This document shows positions 1-8,910 of a DNA stretch of 49,545 bases, one piece after another (position 1 is the stretch's first letter; every line of letters starts with the position of its first letter). Source of the DNA: Eoetvoesiella caeni (GTDB lineage: Bacteria; Pseudomonadota; Gammaproteobacteria; Burkholderiales; Burkholderiaceae_B); contig JBEBXF010000001.1 in the NCBI GenBank assembly GCA_040391725.1, positions 1 through 49,545 on the forward strand. Reading direction: 5' to 3'. Under the pieces are notes generated by a model. The model had not been told where the DNA came from. It worked only from the letters and a program-made list of their open reading frames with translations, and did no database searches. The translations under genes and the position numbers were made by a program.

Positions 1-2
1 AG

Positions 3-524
3 CGCCATGGCTTGCGCCGCGCCATGGCGGCCGGCTATGGGCTCATTGGCGCCGCCCTGCTGGCGCTGGCGGCCATCGGCCGCTATGCATCGTATCCGCT
101 GGTCGGCGCCATCCTGGTCGTGCTGGGGGCAGGCATGGGCCTGGCCATTCCAGCCAGCGGGGCGGCCATTATGGCAACGGTTCCGAAGGAAAGATCGGGC
201 ATGGCTTCTTCCACCACCAATGCCTTACGCCAGACCGGCGTAGCCATAGGCGTCGCGCTGCTGGCCACCTTGATGACTGGTACGGCCAGCACGCGGCTGG
301 CGCAAGGACTCCGAGAAGCAGGCGTACCCGATGCGGCCCACGCCGCCTATATGGCTTTTTCCCAAAATCAGGCATTGCATGTCGCAGGCCTGGATCCCGT
401 GCAGACCATGGAGTTGTTCGTACAGGCCTACATGGGCGGCTTCCATGTCGTCATGGCCTGCACCGCAACCCCGGCGTTGATCGCCGCCGCACTGCTCATG
501 CGGATCCGGCTTGCGGAAGGCTGA
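3..524 (+). CDS. MFS drug/H+ antiporter (DHA2/EmrB-QacA-like), 3' part; 5' end lies outside the window
   Basis: Hydrophobic helices; motif VPKERSGMASSTTNALRQTGVAIGVA and the long TM13-14 loop typical of DHA2 C-termini. Confidence 0.8.
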   Translation, partial: RHGLRRAMAAGYGLIGAALLALAAIGRYASYPLVGAILVVLGAGMGLAIPASGAAIMATVPKERSGMASSTTNALRQTGVAIGVALLATLMTGTASTRLAQGLREAGVPDAAHAAYMAFSQNQALHVAGLDPVQTMELFVQAYMGGFHVVMACTATPALIAAALLMRIRLAEG

Positions 525-575
525 TCCGGCGGCACGGCGAAAAAACCCGCCCGCCCTCGCCGAAACCCGTATCCT

Positions 576-1892
576 CTAGGCCTCCAACTCCACGCCCGTG
601 ATCAGCGCCCTTTTGCCCGGATCGGGATAAGGCAGGAAGGCGCCCAGCAAGGCGGCCCCGACCACCGCGATGGCCAGCGCGTACAAGGACATGGTGAAAT
701 CCGGCGTATGTCCGCGTATTACGCCGATCAGCCATGGCGCGAAGAATCCCGCCAACCCGCTGATGGCATTGATCAGCGCCATGCCTCCGGCCGCACCCGC
801 CCCTGAGAGAAAGGTGGCGGGCAGCGTCCAGAACACGCCGAACGTGCCGATGATGCCGGCGGCCGCAACGCAGATGAAAATGAAGGACAGCAACGGCATC
901 GAAGAAGTCAGCCCGCTTGCCGCCAGGCTTATGGCGCCTATGCCCATCGGCACAGCCAGGTGCCAACGGCGTTCGCCTGTCTGATCGGAATGCTTGCCGT
1001 TCAGAATCATGGCAATGGCCCCCAGCAGGAACGGAATGGCGCCCGTCAGGCCGATCTCGATGATGGACATGTGCGTCATTTGCTTGAGCACCTGCGGCAG
1101 CCAGGTAGACACGCCGAAAAAGCCGACGCCCATGCAGAAGTACGTAATGCCGAGCATCCACACCAGAGGAGTCAGCAGGGCCTTCTTGAAGCTGGAGGTG
1201 CCCACCTTCTCGGCGGCCTTGTGCTCGGCCGCCAGGGCCTGGACCAGCCAGTCGCGCTCCGGCCCGGAAAGCCATTTCGCCTTGGCCGGCGTGTCGACGA
1301 TATAGAAGAACGCCACGACGCCGAGAACGACCGCCGGCGCGCCTTCGATAATCATCATCCAGCGCCAGCCCGAAAGGCCGGCGACCTCGTGCGAGACCGA
1401 CATGATCAGCCCCGAAACCGGAAACCCGATGACCAGGGCGATGATGTTGGCGCTGAATACCTGGCCAATGGCCTTGCCCAGATACTTGGCCGGAAACCAC
1501 GATGCCAGGTAATACAGCACCGAAGGGAAAAAGCCCGCCTCGACCACGCCAAGCAGAACCCGTCCCACAACCAGCTGGGTCGGTGTCCGGGCGAAGGCAA
1601 TGGCTATGGCGACCAGGCCCCACGTGAACATGATGCGCGCCAGCCATTTGCGCGCGCCGAAGCGATGCATCATCAGATTGCTGGGCACCTCGAACAGGAT
1701 GTACCCGAGATAGAAAATGCCCGCGGCAAAGCCGAACATTTCCGGCCCCATGCCCAGTTCCTGGTTCATCTGCAACGCCGCGAAACCGATATTCGCCCTA
1801 TCCAGATAATTGACGAACCATCCCGCAAAGAGCAGCGGGACGATGCTCCATGTCATTTTTCTTATGATTTTTTTCTCATCCATTGTGTCCAT
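576..1892 (-). CDS. MFS transporter, anion:cation symporter (ACS; TtuB/HpaX-like)
   Basis: NYLDRANIGFA, FEVPSN, GARKWLARIM, EAGFFP and GWRWM..IEG motifs; ATG at 1892 follows a GAGGTGG RBS. Confidence 0.88.
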   Translation of the reverse strand: MDTMDEKKIIRKMTWSIVPLLFAGWFVNYLDRANIGFAALQMNQELGMGPEMFGFAAGIFYLGYILFEVPSNLMMHRFGARKWLARIMFTWGLVAIAIAFARTPTQLVVGRVLLGVVEAGFFPSVLYYLASWFPAKYLGKAIGQVFSANIIALVIGFPVSGLIMSVSHEVAGLSGWRWMMIIEGAPAVVLGVVAFFYIVDTPAKAKWLSGPERDWLVQALAAEHKAAEKVGTSSFKKALLTPLVWMLGITYFCMGVGFFGVSTWLPQVLKQMTHMSIIEIGLTGAIPFLLGAIAMILNGKHSDQTGERRWHLAVPMGIGAISLAASGLTSSMPLLSFIFICVAAAGIIGTFGVFWTLPATFLSGAGAAGGMALINAISGLAGFFAPWLIGVIRGHTPDFTMSLYALAIAVVGAALLGAFLPYPDPGKRALITGVELEA

Positions 1893-2027
1893 ACCCACCT
1901 CGTTTGATTTCAAAAACAGGCCAAGCCGATCAGCGCCCGGCGCGAACGCCCGAATGCTTTTCCGCTGCCGTCATAAAGCCATGCAGAGCCCTCCCGCCCA
2001 CCGACATTCGGCAGGCATCGGCGGGCT

Positions 2028-2363
2028 TCAAGCGACTGACTCGTCCGCGACAAGATGCTGGGTAATATGAAACAGCCTGCCCTCGAACAAAGGCAGAATC
2101 TCCTGCATCTTGGCTTTCAGTTCCTGGCGCACAGGAAACGTAAAAGCATGGTTCATGGCCTCGACCGAGTCGTAGACCGACTCGAAGGTCATGTACAGCG
2201 GCGGGCCGCCGTCTTCGATTCCCTGCTCCCGCATTACGCGCACCGACTTCACGCCCGGGAAGCGCTTCATGATGGGCACGACCTCGGTTGCGATGAAGGT
2301 ATCGAATCGCTGGGCGTCCCGCGGCAAGACCTTGCCTTCCAGATATGCGGTTCTGACTATCAT
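2028..2363 (-). CDS. EthD-like dimeric alpha/beta-barrel protein
   Basis: 111 aa; P..KRFPGV and YDSVEAMNHAF patterns; AAGGA RBS. Confidence 0.65.
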   Translation of the reverse strand: MIVRTAYLEGKVLPRDAQRFDTFIATEVVPIMKRFPGVKSVRVMREQGIEDGGPPLYMTFESVYDSVEAMNHAFTFPVRQELKAKMQEILPLFEGRLFHITQHLVADESVA

Positions 2364-2390
2364 GATTTCATTTCCTTTCGGACTGCGCCG

Positions 2391-3317
2391 CTATGCGGCC
2401 GGACCCACTTGAACCGACAAGGCGCCGATGGCTTCGATTTGCGCGTCGATGCGGTCGCCGACTTTCAGGAACGTGCGCTTTGGAAAACCCACGCCGGCGG
2501 GAGTACCGGTGAGCACCACATCGCCCGGATCGAGCGTCATGATGTTCGACAACGTGACGAGCTGCTCGCGTATGTCGAACACCATGCCGCTGGTGCGCGC
2601 GTCCTGCTTGACCTGTCCGTTCACGCTCAGCTCGAGCGCGAGATTCTGCGGGTCGGGAATAAAGGCCGCCGGGATCAAGCGCGGGCCAAGGGGGCAGCAG
2701 GTATCCAGCGCCTTGCCGGCCACCCAGTCGAGTTTGTAGAACGTGTCGGGCGCGCTGTTGAAGTCGCGGGCGCAAAGATCGATGGCCACCGTGTAGGCCG
2801 CCACCGCATCCAAGGCGTTGTCCAGCGTCAGCCGCCGGCTGCGCTTGCCGATGACGACCGCCAGCTCGATCTCCCAGTCGAACATTTCCGTGCCCAGCGG
2901 ATACTCGACCGTGGATTCGTGCCCGACCACGGCATTGCGCGCAGGCTTGAAGAAGAAAAACAGCCGCTGCGCCTCCTTGCGCAGATCGGGCACGCCCATT
3001 TCGGCCAGATGGTCGTAATAGTTGGCGCCCGCGCACAGCACTTTGCCCGGATACAGCAGCGGCGCCAGCACTTTGACCTCGCCGCGCGCAAGTCCCGCCG
3101 CCGGATCGCACCGCGCGGCGGCTTTCTGCAAAACAGGAAAGTGCTTGTCCCACTCCGCAAACAGCGCCACGACGTCCCGGGGCAGGCCCGTATCGGCCGC
3201 CACGGACTCCAGAGGATGGAACCGGTCGTTGATTTCGATGCAGCCGAGCACCTTGCCGGCATGTTCTACGGTGGAAAGGGCAAAAGACATAGTGTTGCTT
3301 CCTTGGGAAATCGTCAT
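2391..3317 (-). CDS. Fumarylacetoacetate hydrolase family protein
   Basis: KVLCAGANYYDH, DWEIELAVVIG, DLCARD and TLDPGDVVLTGTPAGVG motifs; start could be the second Met at 3290. Confidence 0.9.
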   Translation of the reverse strand: MTISQGSNTMSFALSTVEHAGKVLGCIEINDRFHPLESVAADTGLPRDVVALFAEWDKHFPVLQKAAARCDPAAGLARGEVKVLAPLLYPGKVLCAGANYYDHLAEMGVPDLRKEAQRLFFFFKPARNAVVGHESTVEYPLGTEMFDWEIELAVVIGKRSRRLTLDNALDAVAAYTVAIDLCARDFNSAPDTFYKLDWVAGKALDTCCPLGPRLIPAAFIPDPQNLALELSVNGQVKQDARTSGMVFDIREQLVTLSNIMTLDPGDVVLTGTPAGVGFPKRTFLKVGDRIDAQIEAIGALSVQVGPAA

Positions 3318-3325
3318 TCGATGGT

Positions 3326-3397
3326 TAAATTTTATAAATTCAAATTAAATTTATAAATTATAGTTTTCCCTAAGAAATTCATTAAAATTTATATATC
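3326..3397. promoter_or_regulatory. AT-rich divergent promoter with three AATTTATA(A/T)AT-like boxes, likely GntR operators
   Basis: TAAATTTTATAAATT (3326-3340), palindrome AATTTATAAATT (3348-3359) and TAAAATTTATATATC (3383-3397), between the divergent FAH and GntR genes. Confidence 0.65.
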
Positions 3398-3423
3398 GAT
3401 TCCCGTAGAGCTATACTTTTCCC

Positions 3424-4149
3424 ATGAACTCCATAAGCGCCGATTCCCTCGCGAATTCCGCCGCCGCGTCGGAAAAGACGCGGGCCGAACTCGCCTACAA
3501 ATTGATCAGCAAAGACTTGCTGGCGGGCCGCTTCGAGCCTTCCTCGCGCCTGCGTCTCAACGAACTGAAACTGCGCTACGACCTGGGCCTGAGCCCTTTG
3601 CGCGAGGCGCTATTGCGCTTGGCCTCCGAGGGGCTGGTGGTTGCCGAAGGCCAAAGAGGATTCGCCGTGGCGCCCGTTTCCGCCGTGGAGCTGATCGACT
3701 TGACTCGCACACGACAGCAAATCGAGGCCATCGCCCTGTCCGCCGCCATCGCCCAGGGCAACGAAGAATGGGAGGCGAATATTCTTTCGGCGTTTCACCG
3801 CCTGTCGCGCACGCCGCTGCCGGACAGCATGGACGATTTCGACGCCGTCATGAACTGGGAATCGCGGCACCGCGCTTTCCACGACGCGCTGGTGGCCGCG
3901 TGCGATTCGCCATGGCTGCTGCGATTCCATTCGCAACTATTGGATCATTCCGAACGCTATCGCCGGCTGCGCATGATCAGCCCGCCCCCGGCCGCGGCAA
4001 ATCCTTCGCGCGACCGCGACACCGAGCATCGCGAAATCATGGAGGCGGTGTTGGAGCGCAATGCGCCCAAAGCCTGTGAGCTTATGAACAGGCATCTGCA
4101 GCGCACGGCGGACGCTGCATTTCCCAAGGCCGCAACGAAAGCCGCCTGA
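3424..4149 (+). CDS. GntR family transcriptional regulator (FCD domain)
   Basis: wHTH with SPLREALLRLASEG; FCD motifs HRAFH and EHREI. Confidence 0.92.
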   Translation: MNSISADSLANSAAASEKTRAELAYKLISKDLLAGRFEPSSRLRLNELKLRYDLGLSPLREALLRLASEGLVVAEGQRGFAVAPVSAVELIDLTRTRQQIEAIALSAAIAQGNEEWEANILSAFHRLSRTPLPDSMDDFDAVMNWESRHRAFHDALVAACDSPWLLRFHSQLLDHSERYRRLRMISPPPAAANPSRDRDTEHREIMEAVLERNAPKACELMNRHLQRTADAAFPKAATKAA

Positions 4150-4176
4150 TCGGCCAGGCATGACCGATCAGGCGGC
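4141..4176. terminator. Hairpin between convergent genes
   Basis: Perfect 13-bp stem GCCGCCTGATCGG / CCGATCAGGCGGC overlapping the GntR stop. Confidence 0.65.
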
Positions 4177-4292
4177 TTATTCCACGCAACCTCACCAAAC
4201 AGGGTAGAGAAAACGTGTCTTTGCAGCGCTGCCGGCATCGGCCCGCCCGGTTTCGAGCGTAATACGGATGTCGGCCGGTAAGGCGCTACAGC

Positions 4293-4514
4293 TTATTTGA
4301 CCTCTTCGATGCTCTTGACGTTGTTCGAGTTCACCTTGACTTCCTTGCCGTCCTTCTCGTAGGTGATGAAGCCGTCCTTGCTATCGATCTTGGGCTTATC
4401 CGCCGTCGTGGTCTTCTGACCGTCCTGGGTGGTTACCTCGGTTGGCGTGGAGCACGCCGCAATCCCCCCGCAACCCACAACCATCAACGCGAACAGGAAT
4501 TTCTTCAAGGTCAT
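4293..4514 (-). CDS. Small lipoprotein, YgdI/YgdR (DUF903)-like
   Basis: AGGAG RBS; signal peptide with lipobox IAAC; T.DG....T..KPKID...G...Y pattern. Confidence 0.8.
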   Translation of the reverse strand: MTLKKFLFALMVVGCGGIAACSTPTEVTTQDGQKTTTADKPKIDSKDGFITYEKDGKEVKVNSNNVKSIEEVK

Positions 4515-4697
4515 AATGAGGCTCCTTATTTGACTGGTAGCTGGAACTTTCAGGGTAACAAGGGCGTTGCGGCGGTATTGTGAAGTTTTGTCAGACCAAG
4601 CCACAAAACCCTACCCTGGAATCACGAGCCAGTCGGGCACCTGAACCCTCCTCGATTCTTTATAATGTTTCAAAATATTATGGGGTGGGGATTCACA

Positions 4698-5255
4698 GTG
4701 AACGGTAAACATAAACAACAACTCTTTACCTTGATGCGCGTGGCGGCGGTCTGCAGCCTGGCCAGCCTGTTCGCGGGATGCGCCAGCATGTCGGCCGAGG
4801 AATGCCGTACCGCCAATTGGCGCGAGCAAGGCATGCGGGACGGGCAGAACGGCCAGCCGCGCTCTTACTTGGAGGAGCATCGCGAAGCCTGCGGAAAAGT
4901 GGGCGTCGTTCCCAATGCCGGCCAATATGAAGCGGGCCGCGCCGTTGGCATCAAGTACTACTGCACGCCCGCCAACGGCCTGAACGAGGGGCGCCAGGGG
5001 CACAGCTACCGCAATGCCTGCCCGCCCGAACTGGAGCCCGCCTTCCTGGATCGCTACAAAGCAGGCTATCGCGTCTACCAGGCTCAGAAGCGCATCGATT
5101 CGCTGGTATCCGAACAGCGCAACAAGCAATACCAGCTGGACAAGGCCAAGGACGACAACACTCGCGATTCGCTGCGACGCCAATTGCGGGATCTGGACTA
5201 TAGCCTGCGCAGCGCGCGCGACAACCTGGCCTACGAAGAAAGCCGGCTGCGCTAG
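4698..5255 (+). CDS. DUF2799-like lipoprotein
   Basis: Lipobox LFAGC; ECRTANWREQG.RDG..G, YYCTPANG...G..G..Y..ACP motifs and a C-terminal coiled coil; start codon uncertain (4698 or 4734). Confidence 0.8.
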   Translation: MNGKHKQQLFTLMRVAAVCSLASLFAGCASMSAEECRTANWREQGMRDGQNGQPRSYLEEHREACGKVGVVPNAGQYEAGRAVGIKYYCTPANGLNEGRQGHSYRNACPPELEPAFLDRYKAGYRVYQAQKRIDSLVSEQRNKQYQLDKAKDDNTRDSLRRQLRDLDYSLRSARDNLAYEESRLR

Positions 5256-5269
5256 CGCCGGTAGCGCAT

Positions 5270-6421
5270 CTACTCCCGAAACCGCACAGGCATGGACGGA
5301 AAGCGGGACTCGCCTTCCTCCGTATCCACGTAGGTCTGCAGCATGCCGTCGTCCATGAACACAGGGTGGCTCATGGCTTCGCGCATGGTCAGCACCGGCG
5401 TCACGCAGCAATCGTGCGCATCAAAAATTTCCACCCATTGCGCCAGGGTCTTGCCGCTGAATATCCGGTCGAGCTCGGCGCACACTTCCCGGGCTTGCAG
5501 GCTGCCCGGGCTTTGCCCCAGGCTCCAGTGTTTGTCGGCCAGATCGGGGCGCCGCAGGACTTCGCACGTTTCGGCCCAATACCTGTGCTCCAGCGCCCCC
5601 ACCGCCATGAAGCGCGCGTCCGCCGTGCGATAGACGTTGTAGCAAGGCGCCCCGCCGGTCAGAAGGCCCTTGCCGGGGACATCTGACGTAGGGACTTGGG
5701 TGTTGGGAGCAACATCGCCCCATGCGTTCGCGTTGGAAACATTGGCCGCGGCTGCCGCCAGGATGTTGCCGGCGAACATGGCGCTTGTCATGGAAACGTC
5801 CACATGGCTTCCCCGGCCCGTCTGGCGGGCGGCAGACAAGGCCGCCAGCAGACCGATGACGGCCGTCTGCGCGCCGCCCATCAAATCGGCCACGGGCAAT
5901 CCTGACAACACGGGCCGGCCTTCACGGTCGGTCGACTGATCCAGGACGCCGGCGTACCCAAGGTAATTGATGTCGTGGCCCGCACGCTGCCGGTAGGGCC
6001 CCGCCTGCCCGTAGCCGGATATCGAACACAGCACCAGCCGCGGATTGCAGGCGCGCAGCGTCTCCCAGCCCAGGCCCAGCCGCTCCATGACGCCGGGGCG
6101 GAACCCTTCGACCAGCACATCCGCCTCGCCGGCCATTTCCAGCAGCCTGGCCTTGTCTTCCGGCTGTTTGAGATCGAGGGTGAGCAGATTCTTGCCGCGC
6201 TGCAGGGCCACGAAGACCTGGCTGCTGCGGCGGCGCCGTTCCCCCATATGCCGGGCCGGATCGCCCTGGGGCGGCTCGATCTTGACTATCTGCGCTCCCA
6301 ATTGGGCGAGCATCAGCGTAGCCGCCGGGCCGGGCAGATACTGCGAAAGATCCAGGACCCGCACGCCCGCCAGGGGCAAAGGCGGCGCGGGGTCCGCCGG
6401 GTCAGGCCGGGGCGACACCAA
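5270..6421 (-). CDS. Class III CoA-transferase (CaiB/BaiF family)
   Basis: LAGVRVLDLSQYLPGP, EGFRPGVMERLGLG, SISGYGQ.GP and GHDINY motifs. Confidence 0.92.
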   Translation of the reverse strand: MVSPRPDPADPAPPLPLAGVRVLDLSQYLPGPAATLMLAQLGAQIVKIEPPQGDPARHMGERRRRSSQVFVALQRGKNLLTLDLKQPEDKARLLEMAGEADVLVEGFRPGVMERLGLGWETLRACNPRLVLCSISGYGQAGPYRQRAGHDINYLGYAGVLDQSTDREGRPVLSGLPVADLMGGAQTAVIGLLAALSAARQTGRGSHVDVSMTSAMFAGNILAAAAANVSNANAWGDVAPNTQVPTSDVPGKGLLTGGAPCYNVYRTADARFMAVGALEHRYWAETCEVLRRPDLADKHWSLGQSPGSLQAREVCAELDRIFSGKTLAQWVEIFDAHDCCVTPVLTMREAMSHPVFMDDGMLQTYVDTEEGESRFPSMPVRFRE

Positions 6422-6827
6422 AGCACCCTCGCCCGACCGCCGTCAGGCGTCCTTGCTCATCGAAGACATCCACGTCCACGACGCCGACTGTCTTGCCGAC
6501 GCGGCGCACCAGCGCTTTCGCCAGCAAAAAGCCGCCGGTGCTGGGACGCAGGTAATCGACCCGGAAATTGATGGTGGGCACGGGCGCCTGGGTGCCCATG
6601 ACCACCGCGAAAGCGCCCGCCGTGTCGATCAGCGCGGCCACCGGGCCGCCGTGGAACTGCCCCGAGGACTCGATGCGCTCCAACTGGCTTCCCTTGGGCA
6701 TCTTCAGTTCCAGTGCGCCGGCCGCCACATCCATGTGCGTGCAGCTCAGCCCCAGGAACCGGATGAACGGCGAGCTGTCCAGCCATTGCTGCATCCGCTC
6801 CGGCGTCATCGTCGTTGATTCACTCAT
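6402..6827 (-). CDS. PaaI family hot-dog thioesterase
   Basis: HGG..AALID and TINFRVDYLRP motifs. Confidence 0.9.
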   Translation of the reverse strand: MSESTTMTPERMQQWLDSSPFIRFLGLSCTHMDVAAGALELKMPKGSQLERIESSGQFHGGPVAALIDTAGAFAVVMGTQAPVPTINFRVDYLRPSTGGFLLAKALVRRVGKTVGVVDVDVFDEQGRLTAVGRGCFGVAPA

Positions 6828-6871
6828 GCTTCATTCCTTTCATTGCTTGGCTTGAAAACCATCATGCCGGG

Positions 6872-8044
6872 TCAAGACCGGCCCAACGCCGTCTGCACCA
6901 GGCTGACCCAGTACGCGCTGCCCACGGGCAGGATGGCGTCGTTGAAATCGTAGCCGGGGTTGTGCACCATGCAGCCGCCCTCGGACCCCACGCCGTTGCC
7001 CAGCCATACATACGCGCCCGGCTTGGCCGCGAGCATGAAGGCAAAGTCCTCCGCCGCCATCAAGGCCTGGCCGTTGGTTCGCACCTTGTCCTCGCCGACC
7101 AGCCTGACCGCCGCCGCGCGCGCCGTCTCGGCTTCCGCCTCGGTATTGATGGTGGGCGGATAGCGGCGGTCGTAGCTCAGTTCGATCTGCGTGCCGCTGG
7201 CCAGCGCGATGCCCTCGCAGATGCGGCGCATCTCGGCCTGCACCGCATCGCGCACTTCGGGCTTGAAGGCGCGCACCGTCCCCGACAGGCGCGCCGTTTC
7301 GGGAATGACGTTGTGGGTATCGCCGGCCTGGAATACCGTAATCGATACGACCGCCGAATCCAGAGGCGCCACGCGGCGGCTGACGATGCTTTGCAGGGCC
7401 TCGATAAGACGCGCGCCGCACAGAACGGGATCCACCGCCGTCTGCGGAAACGCGGCATGGCCGCCCTTGCCGCGGATGACGATGTCGATCAGGTCGAACG
7501 ACGCCATCATGGGGCCGGGCATGACGCCAAAAGTGCCCGCCTCCATGCCCGGTATATTGTGCATGCCGTACACGGCCTGCATGGGAAAGCGTTCGAACAG
7601 ACCCTCTTCAACCATCAGGCGGCCGCCGCCTTCGCCCTCTTCCGCCGGCTGGAAGATCAAATAGACGGTTCCGTCGAAATCGCCGTGCTTCGCCAGATAG
7701 CGCGCGGCCCCCAGCAGCATGGTCGTATGTCCGTCGTGCCCACAACCATGCATCTTGCCGGGAATGGTCGAACGGTAAGGAAGCTGGGTGCTTTCCTGAA
7801 TGGGCAGCGCATCCATGTCGGCCCGCAGGCCGATGGCCCGATCGCTGCCGCCGCGGCGGATCACGCCGACCACGCCCGTCCTGGCCAAGCCTTCGTGCAC
7901 TTCCAGCCCCAACCGCCGAAGTTCTTGGGCCACGATGGCGGCGGTGCGATGCTCTTCGAAGGCGGTTTCGGGATGAGCGTGCAGATCGTGGCGGATACCC
8001 TCCAAGTCTTCCCGATACGCTGAAATAGCGTCGAGCACGCTCAT
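6872..8044 (-). CDS. M20D amidohydrolase (hippuricase/aminoacylase-like)
   Basis: LHAHPE, LRADMDAL, MHGCGHDGH, FQPAEEG, GMHN and AEDF motifs; ATG at 8044 overlaps the upstream stop. Confidence 0.92.
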   Translation of the reverse strand: MSVLDAISAYREDLEGIRHDLHAHPETAFEEHRTAAIVAQELRRLGLEVHEGLARTGVVGVIRRGGSDRAIGLRADMDALPIQESTQLPYRSTIPGKMHGCGHDGHTTMLLGAARYLAKHGDFDGTVYLIFQPAEEGEGGGRLMVEEGLFERFPMQAVYGMHNIPGMEAGTFGVMPGPMMASFDLIDIVIRGKGGHAAFPQTAVDPVLCGARLIEALQSIVSRRVAPLDSAVVSITVFQAGDTHNVIPETARLSGTVRAFKPEVRDAVQAEMRRICEGIALASGTQIELSYDRRYPPTINTEAEAETARAAAVRLVGEDKVRTNGQALMAAEDFAFMLAAKPGAYVWLGNGVGSEGGCMVHNPGYDFNDAILPVGSAYWVSLVQTALGRS

Positions 8045-8910
8045 GGCCGCGCCGCCACGAACTCGATGACGTTGCCGCAAGCCTGTTCGGGCCCGACGAC
8101 CACGCGCCCGGAGTGATCGGCGAAATCCACACCGTTGTCGCCCAGGCATTGTTTGAGCACGGACAAGTCCGCAACACCGACGCGCATTCCCGCATAGCTC
8201 ATCAGCCCTCGTTCCGCCGGCGCGCGGGGCGGCAGCCCGTAACGGGCGTCAAAGGCCGCGGGCGTATACACCTGCAGTTCGACCGCGGCGGGACTCACGC
8301 CCAGGCTGCCGTCGGGCGCAAGCCGGGCCTTGCGGCCGAACAGTTTCTCGAAATAGGCAATGCCCTCCGCGGGCTCGCCCGCGACGGCAAAGACGGCTTG
8401 CACGGAAAGAGCCGTATTGGGATGGCGCTGCCAATCCTTGCGCTGATAAAGCTCCAGGTTGTGGTACTGGCACACATTGAACGACAGCGGCGCCGGGATG
8501 GGAAGCAGCACGTCGAACTCGGGCCACACGGAGCCTTCGCCGGGCAGCACCCATTCGCGCTTGACGTGGGCGGGCGGCGAGAACGAATAGCCGGCCTGGC
8601 TGAGTTCAGCCTGGGCCTTGGCCGCGTCGGGCGCCGTCATGACCATGGACTTGATGCCCGGCTCGCCCGACAAGACGGCCTGCATGGCGGCGGGCAGCTT
8701 GCCGGCATCCTCGATGCCCATGAGCTCGATGAAGTTGGCCGCGCCCGAAGTGCCGGACTGCAGCAGCACCAGGTGGTTCACGATGCCCATGGTGGTAATG
8801 TGCGATATCGGCGTCAATGTGAAACCCATGCGCCGATAGCGGTTTGTGGCGTCGTCCATGTCCGCCACGTAAGTCAGAAGATGGTCGATTTCCAGTATGC
8901 CGTATTTCAT
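8041..8910 (-). CDS. VOC/glyoxalase-like (Glyoxalase_3-type) protein
   Basis: IDHLL..V.D, GF, NFIELMG, HPNTA motifs and C-terminal G.VIEF. Confidence 0.8.
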   Translation of the reverse strand: MKYGILEIDHLLTYVADMDDATNRYRRMGFTLTPISHITTMGIVNHLVLLQSGTSGAANFIELMGIEDAGKLPAAMQAVLSGEPGIKSMVMTAPDAAKAQAELSQAGYSFSPPAHVKREWVLPGEGSVWPEFDVLLPIPAPLSFNVCQYHNLELYQRKDWQRHPNTALSVQAVFAVAGEPAEGIAYFEKLFGRKARLAPDGSLGVSPAAVELQVYTPAAFDARYGLPPRAPAERGLMSYAGMRVGVADLSVLKQCLGDNGVDFADHSGRVVVGPEQACGNVIEFVAARP

